Below, one piece after another: positions 1 to 12,469 of a DNA stretch of 64,000 bases. A program made the translations under genes and the position numbers. The stretch lies in assembly GCA_951406725.2 (NCBI GenBank), contig OX597836.1, forward strand, positions 27,838,001 through 27,902,000, read 5' to 3'. A model generated the notes under the pieces. That model did no database searches, had not been told where the DNA came from, and saw only the letters and a program-made list of their open reading frames with translations. Source of the DNA: Octopus vulgaris (Eukaryota). Each line of letters opens with the position of its first letter. The first letter of the stretch is position 1.

Positions 1-429
1 GGCCAAAGACATTTTTAACTTCTTACCTAATGTGGGCCCAGGGGCGGATAAACCGCATTTTTTAAAGCGTTTTTGGTAACATTAAGGCCCGTAACTTGAA
101 GAGTATCCGGTCGCTTTGTTCCAAATTTGCATCAACTATTAATCAGGCTTCTCGAATTGCTGTTGACTAAAAGAAAATTTCCGACGCCGACTATGGGTCA
201 CTCCGCACAATACAGATTAATCAGATCTGAGTAGACTGCACTGGGTTCTATCTTTGTTTTAGGCCATTTTCCGACGCTAAAATATTGACACTACTTATGC
301 ATTATAAGTAGCGTATAATATTTCATGAAAACTATTTTGTCCAATTTGGCAGAGGAAATGAGAAGAACATTACAATTTTTGTCGGCGCCCTGTTGATGCT
401 TCATGTTACCATCCTGCACACCACCGGAC

Positions 430-464
<35 letters not shown>

Positions 465-626
465 ATGGGTAAAGGCACAACAAACCCATTCATCCATTCT
501 CCAGAAGTGCCTTGTTGATGTTTCACGTTTCCAATCCCGAGCAACGCAGCATCGCCCGGCAGCATGTCTGCTTTCTATGTCACCCACGTCTGAACTATAT
601 AATGCAAAAGGTTCATACAAAAAAGC

Positions 627-1011
627 CAGGAGTGGCTGTGTGGTAAGTAGCTTGCTAACCAACCACATGGTTCCGGGTTCAGTCCCACTGCGTGGCACCT
701 TGGGCAAGTGTCTTCTGCTATAGCGCCGGCCCGACCAATGCCTTGTGAGTTGATTTGGTAGATGGAAACTGAAAGAAGCCTGTCGTATATATGTATATAT
801 ATATATTTATATGTGTGTGTGTGTTTGTCCCCCTAGCATTGCTTGACAACCGATGCTGGTGTGTTTACGTCCCCGTCACTTAGCGGTTCGGCAAAAGAGA
901 CCGATAGAATAAGTACTGGGCTTACAAAGAATAAGTCTCGGGGTCGATTTGCTCGACTAAAGGTGGTGCTCCAGCATGGCCGCAGTCAAATGACTGAAAC
1001 AAGTAAAAGAG
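627..1011 (+). mobile_element. tRNA-derived SINE, group A, near full length
   Basis: Head with A-box-like TGGCTGTGTGG and B-box-like GGTTCAGTCCC, internal (TA)n/(TG)n tract, tail ending CAAGTAAAAGAG; many near-identical copies in the window. Confidence 0.9.
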
Positions 1012-1132
1012 CTGTTGTGACTCACAGCCATTTGAGTTTGACCACGTGCCACTTCTGGAAGCTACGCTTGCCACCTGCAATTAGTCCCCTTCCCTGACCC
1101 CCCCCCCCCCCGTTTATTCGAACGAGTTAACA

Positions 1133-1623
1133 CAGGGTATCCCAGAATTAATCATGATTTGAGAGAAATCGGACGCATTTTTTTAAAGCTCACTTGTATT
1201 TATGTTTATCATGTTTAATATGTGTTAAAAGTGCATAAATTTTGAATTTTGTTTATAATTTTATTTTCATTCCTGTTGGACCCCTCTTATTTGTCCACGA
1301 CAGCTTTTTTTTTTTTTTTTCAATTTGGCTGCTATCATTTTCTTTACCTTCATCCCGAAGATGGAGCAATCGTTCAGCTGAGCTTAAAGAACACATTCAG
1401 TTAGCAATGCAGGAGCTAACTCCTGAAATGCTTCAAAATGTGCTTCACAACGCTAAGGAGAGATCTGAGGTATGCAGGGATACAGACATGTTGGAAAGTT
1501 TCAATAAAAGTTTGACGTAAGATTTATAAATCTATTTGTTTTGGTAATGAACATAAAATTCTGTCAGTTTTTTAAAATTTGCTCAATTTCATTGAAACGG
1601 ATAGTTAATTCTAGAACATCCTG
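1133..1623 (+). mobile_element. Tc1/mariner-type non-autonomous element
   Basis: Imperfect TIRs CAGGGTATCCCAGAATTAA / TTAATTCTAGAACATCCTG followed by TA; internal peptide ELKEHIQLAMQELTPEMLQNVLHN resembles a Tc1-like transposase C-terminus. Confidence 0.65.
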
Positions 1624-1760
1624 TATGGTGTAACATCGTTAGTTGATGCGTTGGTCGAGTAAATATTAAAATCAAAGGTCTTCTCTCCATAAATATCCCA
1701 TCTTTTTGTTAAGCATATTGTATCAAAGAGTATATTATCCCAAATGTATCTCCCCTTTAT

Positions 1761-1881
1761 AGGCGTGGCTGTGTGGTTGAGAAGCTTCAATTCCAATCAT
1801 GTCACCTTGGGTTCAGTCCTACTGTGCGGCACATTGGGTAATTGTCTTTCATTATAGTTCCGTGCCAACCAAAATGTTGTG
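1761..1881 (+). mobile_element. Degenerate SINE A 5' fragment
   Basis: Diverged match to the head of the copy at 627. Confidence 0.7.
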
Positions 1882-2051
1882 TATTATATAATTGCCATTA
1901 CACGTATTGATATGTAAAATAACACATACAGGATGAGATAATCTATATATCTAACACTTTGACTGTAGCTCAGAGAAAGAGTAAAAGCAATTACCCGACG
2001 GGTATTACTACTAGTATCTATCTATCTATCTATATATATATATATATATAT

Positions 2052-3118
<1,067 letters not shown>

Positions 3119-4181
3119 ACCAAGAATCAAACACTTCTATTACATGACAAAACAACAGTTTGGTACATTCATGACTTTATTTTCTCATAACTTTCTCAAA
3201 AAGTATATTTGTCTAATAAAATTCTGCAGAGATCGTTTTCAAGAATATGATCGAGTTGATAACCTCAACATTTTGACAAGATTAATTGTGGGTCGTTCAA
3301 TCTGTATCCTCTTTTCACTATCACAAGCGGTTTTAAAAGGTGCAGATCTTTATATGACATCTTATAGAAATATGTTTTCAAGAGTTTAGATCACCTCCTG
3401 CGTTCGAGATCTCCTTGATTTCTAAAAGTATGTCAACCACTCGACACTTCGACGTTTGTTTATGGAAAATGTTCTCACATTACAAAAAGCTATTAGGTAA
3501 AAAGGAACCCGTTGTTAACGCTCATTTGGTTCAATGATACAGAGTGCTCAGCTGGAATTTAAAAGCTACGGAGTTCGATTCTCTGTAGCAGACGCTGACA
3601 GCTGTTTTTTCTGGCTATAAGAATATTTTTACCCGATTTTATAAATGCGTTTTCACAGCTATTCTCCAGCATTTAAGATTTTCTTCATATCACGCAGCGA
3701 GCCACCACAAAGAACCTCCAAAGCAGAACTCCCTCCGAAGAAGGAATGCTTTCATTTAGAGGGATTGGAAGGGTGTTGGCTTTTATGAGCTCCTCCCCAC
3801 GGACGGGTCCATCATTTGGGGGTGTGGACTAACTAAATACAGTTATACACCAGACGCGCCCAGTACTTGCTAACTGTACGGACGTTGTCTTTTATCACAA
3901 CGCTGTCACACCATACACTTCGGCACAGACGCTGCACAAGATATTGGGACTCGGCTGGGAAGTTTTGTGGTGTCTTCCATATCCGCTTGTGTTTGCACCC
4001 TGAGATTTCCAACCGTTTCGGTGTCTTCAAAATTCTTTGAATGGACAGACATTCAAGTCTGAGGAGGAAGTGAAAAATCAGCTGGAAGGGTTCTTTATCA
4101 GTAAGGACAGGGAATTCTTTAAGCAGGGAATAATAGATCAGCTCACAAGATGGCAAAATATACTAGAACGAAACAGTAATA

Positions 4182-4694
4182 TCTATATATATAAAACTGT
4201 CGTTGTGTGAGTGTCTGTCCCTTTCGATTTAGATTCCTAACTACTCCCACATTTTGCGGTGCAGTTTAACCAAATTCGGGTATCTTATAGTTGTGATTCA
4301 TATCAAGCCCGTCTGAGTATTAGCGCGCGTCTACGATGAGTCTACGATTTTAAAAATAATTTAACATAATTTTTTATTCCATTTTAATGCATAATTTTTC
4401 GGGTGTCGATGGCGGCGGCGTTGGCGTCCATGGTCACACCTGCACCTGTTTGCTTCTCCCCCTTCTTCCCTCCCTCGTGAAGCTGTGGGGAAGGGAGTTT
4501 AAGGAAATGAACGTCGTAATGCGTTGTCAAGGAGACCAGCGTTCTTTTAGAACAACGACTTCATGGCTTGAAGACACCAAAACAGAAATGGCTAAGAAAG
4601 CCCGAATTGGCATCTATAAAGGAAGTAACTCTCTAAAAATGCTTATATAGTTATTTCCCTTATAAACCCGAGCAACGCCGGGCGATACTGCTAG
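4182..4694 (+). mobile_element. Non-autonomous Helitron, variant 1
   Basis: 5' TC after A, 3' hairpin CCCGAGCAACGCCGGG then CTAG; no TSD. Confidence 0.85.
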
Positions 4695-5089
4695 TCTTTA
4701 TATATAAAAGTGAGGTTGTATGCTGTCTGTCTCCTACGATTTATATTCCTAACTACTCCCACATTTTGAGGTGCAGTTTAACCAAAACCGGGTATCTTAT
4801 AGTCGTGATTCATATCGAGCCCTTCTGGATATTAGCACGCGTCTACGATGAGTCTACGATTTAAAAAAAAATTTACCATAATTTTTCCCATTTTTAATGC
4901 ATTTTTGGCATATATAAGGGAAGTAACTCTCTAAAAATTTATTATTAAATCTCAGAACGCAAAAAGCTACAGTAACACCCCCCACTTTGTGGTTAGCCAT
5001 ATTGAGATGGCTATTATACTTTACATCTCTAAAAATGCTTACATAGTTATTTCCCTTACAAACCCGAGCAACGCCGGCGATACTGCTAG
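4695..5089 (+). mobile_element. Non-autonomous Helitron, variant 2, head-to-tail with the previous one
   Basis: Starts TCTTTATATATAAAAG immediately after the first CTAG; ends hairpin + CTAG followed by T; near-identical to 60889-61471. Confidence 0.9.
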
Positions 5090-5763
5090 TCGTTGATAAA
5101 ATAAATTGTTTTGAGATTAAAACTCATGTTTTATTTTCGCTTCAAAAAACGAAACAAGCTTTTTAGGCAACCCAGACGGCTACTCTCATTAATACAGAGT
5201 GATAAATATAGAATAAGGAGTATTATAGAATAAATTACAGTATTAAATATCCAGCTTATTTTTACAACTGAATGACAGAAGGAAAAGTGCAGCCCTGAGA
5301 GACCTCGCAAGATGCATTCAAGTGGTATGAGAACAATTTTCTGAAATGCAGCTGGCGTCAGACATATCAGATACACGATTGCATAATCCAATATATATAT
5401 TATTGTTCAGTTTCCAGTCTGATGCAAATAATAAAGAAAACGCGGTGTGCATTTGCTATGTGGAGACAGGAATGTTTTAACGTTTGTGCTGTTGTCGCAT
5501 TCAAATTCAGTGAAATACTCAGAGGACATAATAAGAGGATAACTGGGATTGCCTAGCGTTGCTCGGCATTGCCCGGTGTTGTCCGGCGGTCCCCGGTGTT
5601 GCCCGGTATTTCCCGACCATTTCCTGGCGTTGTCTGTTTTTGACCGGATAAAAAAACATTCAGTTGTTGGTTAATTAGTTGAGATTGACTCCTGGTAATT
5701 ATGCATAAACATTATTTGAGATATATTGTTTATATTTGTAAGAAAGAGATTAGAAGAAGGCTT

Positions 5764-6191
5764 GGATCTTTTCGGTTTGAACGTCAGTTTTTTCTAGCGG
5801 TGTCTTATGAAATTGTCACCCATAATTATGACCCTAGTATCGTTCTATTGCATTTCAATCTGTTTTAGGGTTAGGGTTAGGGTTAGGGGTGGGAGGAAGG
5901 GTATCTTTTTTTCTTCACAAATGTAAATAAACCCAATCTGTTTCTTAAACGCGGGAATATTCATACGGCACAGAATGTTTTTTTTTTTACCTCAATAGAC
6001 GTCAGTGATTGGTTGAAATTGCAGAAATTGAAGAAAAAAAACAACAAATATCTTACAAACTATAGAATTTCCTCAATAAAGCCAAAAGAAAACAAATGTT
6101 TTATAAACACATTCTACCAGTATACGAAGTTTAAAATTTTTTAGTTACGTAGAAATTATGTTAAAAACTACCGTTCAAACCGAAAAGATCC
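5764..6191. mobile_element. MITE with GG-starting TIRs, 8-bp TSD and internal (TTAGGG)4; Merlin-like
   Basis: TIRs GGATCTTTTCGGTTTGAACG / CGTTCAAACCGAAAAGATCC; TSD GAAGGCTT at 5756-5763 and 6192-6199; TTAGGG x4 at 5865-5888. Confidence 0.9.
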
Positions 6192-6219
6192 GAAGGCTTA
6201 GAAGGAATTAACCTGTGGG

Positions 6220-6525
6220 GAATGATGGAGTGTTGTTTTGTGTATGTGTGCTCGAATCGTGCAGGCCTGGTCAGCCATCAGAACATCTGCACCCTGTGGA
6301 AACGTGTGCCTTTCAGTTGGAGGGTTGAAAAGGCTCATCAAAAGAGTTCATATTGCAGCACCTGTTTCCTCTGCCAGCCAGCACAGCGGTGCATTATGCA
6401 ATAGAATGTGTAAAACTTTCGTCGACCTCAAGAGTCATACAAAGGCTTCACATTGCATCAACGTTGACTTATTTCAGGAATTCTTTCTAGTAATGGCCTC
6501 ACTCATATACGAAAAAGCAGCTAAT
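6220..6525 (+). pseudogene. Probable RTE-clade LINE 3' remnant with C2H2-like motifs
   Basis: Frameshifted peptides VCSNRAGLVSHQNIC, CGNVCLSVGGLKRLIKRVH and CNRMCKTFVDLKSHTKASH resemble the CxSRxGLxSH C-terminus of RTE ORFs. Confidence 0.45.
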
Positions 6526-6544
6526 ATACATATGTATATATATA

Positions 6545-6920
6545 CTTTTCTACTCTACACACAAGGCCCGAAATTTTTAGGAAGGGACCACTCGATTAGA
6601 TCAACCCCCAGTACGCAACTGGTACTTAATTTATCGACCCCGCAAGGATGAAAGGCAAATCTCGAACCCGGCGGCGGAATTTGAACTGAGAACCTAAAGA
6701 CAGACGAAATACCTATTTCTTTACCATCACAGAGGGGACAAACAAGGACAGACGAACGGATTAAGTCGATTACATCGACCCCAGTGTGTAACTGGTACTT
6801 AATTTATCGACCCCGAAAGGATGAAAGGCAAAGTTGACCTCGGCGGAATTTAAACTCAGAACGTAACGGCAGGCGAAATACGGCTACGCATTTCGCCCGG
6901 CGTGCTAACGATTCTGCCAG
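6545..6920 (-). mobile_element. SINE group C, two-unit array
   Basis: Reverse strand has a partial tRNA head and GAGTTYAAATTCCGCCGAGGTCRACTTTGCCTTTCATCC-type core twice; the core resembles the Nin/Deu-type SINE central domain. Confidence 0.85.
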
Positions 6921-6922
6921 AT

Positions 6923-6979
<57 letters not shown>

Positions 6980-7069
6980 AAGAGGCTTCCAAATAGGAAA
7001 GCGTTGTGCTATGTTTATATATATATATACATACATATATAAAATACATACATATACATACATATATAT

Positions 7070-7148
<79 letters not shown>

Positions 7149-7507
7149 CACACACATTCATATATATATACGCATATATATACTTGTAATGCAGTCAAAG
7201 ACAATTATAGTATTCCCGCGAAAGCCAGAAATGAAATGACAGCTGTCAGCTGAACACAGCTGTTCTTGAATGAGTTGCTCATTCAAGGATCTTTAAATAA
7301 AAAAAAAGAAGAGAACATAAAAATGAACGCTTTCTTCATAATTTTAATACGATACTTCAACGATAACAGGCTTGGAATACCACCTGAATGATAGGAAACG
7401 TTTAAGTGATAGTATTGGAATTAAGAGCCTTTGAGTTGTAATGTGTTAAAAAATAGTCTACACTTAAGTTCTGTAATTTATCGCTGGTTGGTGAAGCAAC
7501 AGAGATT

Positions 7508-7541
<34 letters not shown>

Positions 7542-7720
7542 CATACATACATACATACATACATACATACATACATGCATATTTGAGTAATTGAATGCAT
7601 TATCTTATTAAGGATAATTCGAAAGATAACCGATACCTGGGTAGCAAATTCACATCAGAAAGAACACGGTTGAAGCTTCGTCCCTAGGGCATAGACTACG
7701 TGTCTTCGTGCGGAACTTTG

Positions 7721-8000
7721 TATGTTTATTTTAAAATTATAAGTATATGAAAGAATGGAGTTGAACGACTAGTTAACAAATATCCTTTATTCTCGATATA
7801 TGTTTCGAAGGCTGCATATTCCTAATTCCGAAGGAATAAGTTCCTTGATTTTCCTGATGAGAAATCTGCATAATGTACTCCTTATTCCTTCGGAATTAGG
7901 AATATGCAGCCTTCGAAACATATGTCGAGAATAAAGGATATTTGTTAACTAGTCGTTCAACTCCATTCTTTCATATACTTATAATTTTAAAATATACATA
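7721..8000. mobile_element. Penelope-like inverted pseudo-LTR pair
   Basis: About 120-bp near-perfect inverted arms 7721-7840 and 7881-8000; contains a hammerhead core and AATAAA. Confidence 0.8.
7849..7932 (+). ncRNA. Type I hammerhead ribozyme-like motif with long stem II
   Basis: CTGATGA at 7854, stem II CTGCATA...TATGCAG, CGAAA, palindromic stem III ACATATGT, GTC cleavage triplet. Confidence 0.7.
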
Positions 8001-8009
8001 CATGCATAG

Positions 8010-8305
8010 ATATGTTTCTTTATTAGCCACACAGGGCTGCAGACAGACGGGACCAGCTTACAAAGTAGAGCTTTTCTTCATGGGGAGAAAAGAAAAAGAA
8101 GTGGGATAGGTTTTCGATCAAAAGGTATCGTAAAAGAGAAAGAAAAAAAAGGAAAGAAAAGAAAAAAAAGAAAAAGAAAAAAACGATCAATAGGGATCGT
8201 GTATCACAGAAATGTCATGATGTAAAATGTAAAGGGGGAAGCAGATAGGGTTTATCCGTGGAAAGAAAAGCCTACGGAAAAGCCCACGGCAACTTCGGTC
8301 AATAA
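8010..8305 (-). mobile_element. Probable LINE 3' UTR fragment (L1/Tx1-like), tail shared with SINE C units
   Basis: Pyrimidine-rich reverse strand ending GTCCCGTCTGTCTGCAGCCCTGTGTGGCTAATAAAGAAACATA; clade assignment is inference. Confidence 0.5.
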
Positions 8306-8535
8306 TGCAAGTAGGTAACCCTCTGTTTTAAATTTTTCCGGGTTGCTTATTTTGGTTATATATATATATATTGTTATCGCCATATTAATATGGCAGTCTA
8401 ATAGACATAAGACTAAAGCTGTCGCTGATTAGCTCCATGAGGCCATCGCCTTAAGCTAGCTATTTGATACACAAACTGTATCCATTATAACCTTCGAACA
8501 AGGGAGGTCAGCCGCTTCACACTGCCAGTCAGACA

Positions 8536-8578
8536 GCTACAGACGCGTTTCAGGGTATTTGCCCTTTGTCAATGTAGC
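8536..8578 (-). ncRNA. Degenerate hammerhead motif in a PLE-like repeat
   Basis: Reverse strand GCTACA-TTGACAA-AGGG..CCCT-GAAACGCGTC-TGTAGC: all three stems present, core mutated from CTGACGA; flank 8372-8462 recurs at about 37065-37158. Confidence 0.6.
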
Positions 8579-8665
8579 GTAGTCAGACCCAGCAGGTGTC
8601 GCCACTGATCGTCTCTGTTCGAAGGTTTTATTTATTTTAGAGAGACTTAGTAATTTTAATATTTT

Positions 8666-8724
<59 letters not shown>

Positions 8725-8727
<3 letters not shown>

Positions 8728-9697
8728 TCTGCATCTAATGGAATTATAAGGGGATAATTCACTACGAGTTCGTTTCGGACGGTCGATCCATCGATATCAA
8801 CATGTAGTTCGAACAGCTGGAGCAGATGTCTGCCATTGAGCGGTAAAAACACCGGAAATTGGTTAACACAGAAAGCGTGTTCTTCTGCAGCAAGACAACA
8901 CAAGGCTTCACACCGCTCGAACGACCCAGAATAAACTCCTAATACTTAACGGAATCGAAATGATGTTACACCCAGTGTATAGTCCGGACCTAGCTCCCGC
9001 GGACTATCATTTGTCCCGATCCATGGCTCACTTCCTGCGCTCGCGATGCTTCACCAACCAAGAGCTAGATGAAAGCTTCAGTCAAGGAGTTCTTCACCTC
9101 GAAAGACAAGAATTGGATCTTTTCGGTTTGAACGGCAGTTCTTTCTAGCGGTGTCATATGAAATTGTCACCCATAATTATGACCCTAGTATCAATCTATT
9201 GCATTTCAATCTATTTTAGGGTTAGGGTTAGGGTTAGGGGTGGGGGGAAGGGTATCTTTTTTCTTCACGAATGTAAATAAGCCCAATCTGTTTCTTAAAC
9301 GAGGGACATATTCATACGGCACAGAATGATTTTTTTTACCTCAATAGACGTCAGTGATTGGTTGAAATTGCAGAAATTGAAGAAAAAAAACAACAAATAT
9401 CTTACAAACTATATAATTTTCTCAATAAAGCCAAGAGAAAAAGATTTTTATAAACACATTCTACCAGTATACGAAGTTTAAAATTTTTTAGTTACGTGGA
9501 AATTATGTTAAAAACTGCCGTTCAAACCGAAAAGATCCCGAGAATTGGTATCAGCATGGGATCAAAGAACTGGAAGAAAGGTGTCTCCAGACGGTGAACA
9601 AGATTCCCTCTACTTTGAATGTGGCTGCTTTTGTAACTTGACGGATAAAAACCAAAGCATTTTCCAGTGTATTACAAAACTTTTGACTATACACAAT
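8725..9697 (+). pseudogene. Mariner transposase remnant interrupted by the TTAGGG MITE
   Basis: LLQQDNTRLHTA...HPVYSPDLAPADYHLSRSM (YSPDL motif); reading continues after 9546 as YQHGIKELEER. Confidence 0.9.
9115..9538. mobile_element. Second copy of the TTAGGG-bearing Merlin-like MITE
   Basis: Same TIRs; TSD CAAGAATT / CGAGAATT; TTAGGG x4 at 9216-9239. Confidence 0.9.
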
Positions 9698-9926
9698 ATC
9701 AACATTTAATTAACTCACAAAGAAAAGAAAATTGGAACAAAACGTCTGAAATAGCAAAGTTCCTGCTGGTCGCATGTTCTCTGACTTTTCTTTCTTTTTT
9801 TTTTTTTTTTTTTTCGTTTCTCAAAGGAAATATTTGAAAAATAATATTTTTATAATGATAAAAACAATTTCTCCAAAGAACAGAAATAGAAAAGCTGAAA
9901 AGATGGCTTCCTATTACACAGCTGCG

Positions 9927-10012
<86 letters not shown>

Positions 10013-10457
10013 GTATATGTATATGTATGACTGTGTGTGTATGTATGTGTGCGTGGTCAGTTATATATCTATATCTATATATATATATATATATATATAA
10101 ACATACATATACATATATATATATATGTATACTATTAGAGGTTATGTTAACCTCATGAAGAGATGCTTTCATCCAAGGACATACTGGTTCAATTCCTTTT
10201 TATTTGGGGGGAATTAATTTCCTTAAAATAATAGGTGTATATTAAAAAAAAAAAGATCTAGTTTATATTCATAGAAAAGAAGAAAAAGAAAATGGAAATT
10301 GGGAAGTTAATGATTGGCTCGTGATCCAACGCAGGCAAGGTTCCGAGTGTTGTGAAGTATAGATAATAACACAGATGGGCTGAGGTTCACTACAGCTGTT
10401 TCAAACATGTTTTTATTGACGAACAAATCAATTGTTGTCGTTGTTTGTTTCTTCACG

Positions 10458-10538
10458 AGCCACGCCTGGCTCATAAGGGCTGGTTTCCCGGTTTCATTGG
10501 CGAATCCGCTGCTCTAACCCCTAGGCCAAGTGCCTCCA
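10458..10538 (-). mobile_element. Internally deleted SINE B (head fused to end of tail 1)
   Basis: GGTTTCCCGGTTTC (as at 2091) joined directly to TCCGCTGCTCTAACCCCTAGGCCAAGTGCCTCC. Confidence 0.65.
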
Positions 10539-11769
10539 CGAACAAATCAGTTATGCTATGTAAAAAAAAAATGAAGTGTAAAAAATAATGTTCCACAGGC
10601 GGTTCTTTATGGCGCGCTGCTCTGAACCATCGACGTTTCGGACAGACAACCGTCACCTAAAACAAGTTACTGTTGTTTTAGATAATGGTTCTCTCTTCGA
10701 ACAACCCTCACCCGGAAAACTTTTGCTATCGAGAAGTCAAACAACCATTCTTTTAGTTTACAAACTATGCTAAAATCCCATGACTTGTGACAAATAATCC
10801 TGTTGATCAACGTTGACGATACACTTTCGTTACGATCGGCGATACCACGTCTAAGTTTGACTGGTTTTGTAGCTAGTTCTGCGTCAACAGCTGTAAGAAG
10901 CTGTATCAATATCGAGTAGAATCGGGTTTAAGTATCATTTACTTTATAAATCTCATTAAGAAACGCAGCCATTTTCTCTGCAATGACACGTTCCATGGTC
11001 TTGCTGATATACTACACAAGAAACTGAGATCTTAAACCTCTGTCCAGTTATCTCCCTTATAAATAAGGCTTATTCCCTCTATCAGAATTTTTGTGCAACT
11101 GATCACTATCAACAGCTTCGGAAAAGCAACAGAATCGATTTAACTGGCCCCTATTCGATGATTTCGTGAAAGATGTTGGGAAGCCAGCTTAGCTTGTTGC
11201 CATGTTAGAGGCCACATGTCGCCAATGGCAACAATTACATCAATTTCATTTATGGCAGCGTAAATGATGGCTGCCAAGGAGCATAGATATGAGGTGTGTA
11301 TGTATACACGCACATTCATAGCTATCTACACAAGCAGGACTGTGTTCAGAAAATGGTTAAGGTCGCATCGGCGTTATTAATTTATTCTGACAACTAGACG
11401 TATCTTCTTTTGATTTGTTCCTCTCTTTTTCTCTCTTAATAATTCCTTCCATCTTTGACAACATACACACATAAATACATATATGCATGCATGTATACAC
11501 ACACACATACACACGCGCATGCATACACACATACATACATATGTGTATATATATACATATGATATAGAATATATATATATGAATATACTATATATATATA
11601 TATATCATATGTATATACATATTTATATATAATATATGCTATATACCATATACCATATATACATATATCTATACATACATATATATATATATGTATATAT
11701 ATACATATATATGCACACATCATATATCATATATTATGTCAAATATATTATGTATATGTATATATATTC

Positions 11770-11820
<51 letters not shown>

Positions 11821-11854
11821 AAATATATACACATGCAGAGATGTATACATATGG

Positions 11855-11909
<55 letters not shown>

Positions 11910-12334
11910 TACGTGTATATATTATATTTGTGTATGCGTGTGTGTGTGTACATATGAAAGTGGTAGAGATGAGAGTGAAACTTAGGTCTGTGGTCGTTTG
12001 TCTATTGTTGGTTTCACTTATAGTCTAGGATGGTGGTGGTGGTGGTGGTGGTGGTGGTGGTGGTGGTGGTGGTGGTGTGGTGTGGTGTGGTGGTGGGGGT
12101 AAGATTCTGACGCCAGGAACGATAGTGTTTCCAGATATTTAACATCGTAATAAATCATGGAGTGATGAGTTAATCACATCTTAACAGATGAATAAAGCTA
12201 AATTGTGCAAATTCTGCGTATAAGATTGTATGTATGTGTCTGTGTGTGTCTGTGTGTGTGTCTGTATGTTTGTGTGTGTGAGTGTATGTATATCTGTGTG
12301 TACGTGCGTGAATTATCTTTTACTGCTTTTCTTG

Positions 12335-12432
<98 letters not shown>

Positions 12433-12469
12433 ATATTGAGAGAGACACAAGTATGTATGTAAGTATGTA

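Larger units (their letters stand above)
3700..5176 (+). pseudogene. Mariner transposase remnant (C-terminal half) interrupted by two Helitrons
   Basis: 3881-4180 translates DVVFYHNAVTPYTSAQTLHKILGLGWEVL..PY..FAP*DFQPFRCLQNSLNGQTFKSEEEVKNQLEGFFISKDREFFKQGI..LTRWQ; sequence resumes at 5090 and ends in TIR-like TTTTAGGCAACCCAG. Confidence 0.85.

Noticed and set aside
5865-5888. Telomere or chromosome fusion scar
   Set aside because: Only four repeats, at the same position inside two copies of a TIR element
6238-6651. Host C2H2 zinc-finger gene exon
   Set aside because: Cys/His ligands are incomplete, there are no TGEKP linkers, and motifs are split across frames; better explained as a LINE remnant
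10600-10910. Further hammerhead-like words (also near 20380, 28410, 36750, 45645)
   Set aside because: Only the GAAAC/palindrome half or a badly mutated core is visible; full fold could not be drawn
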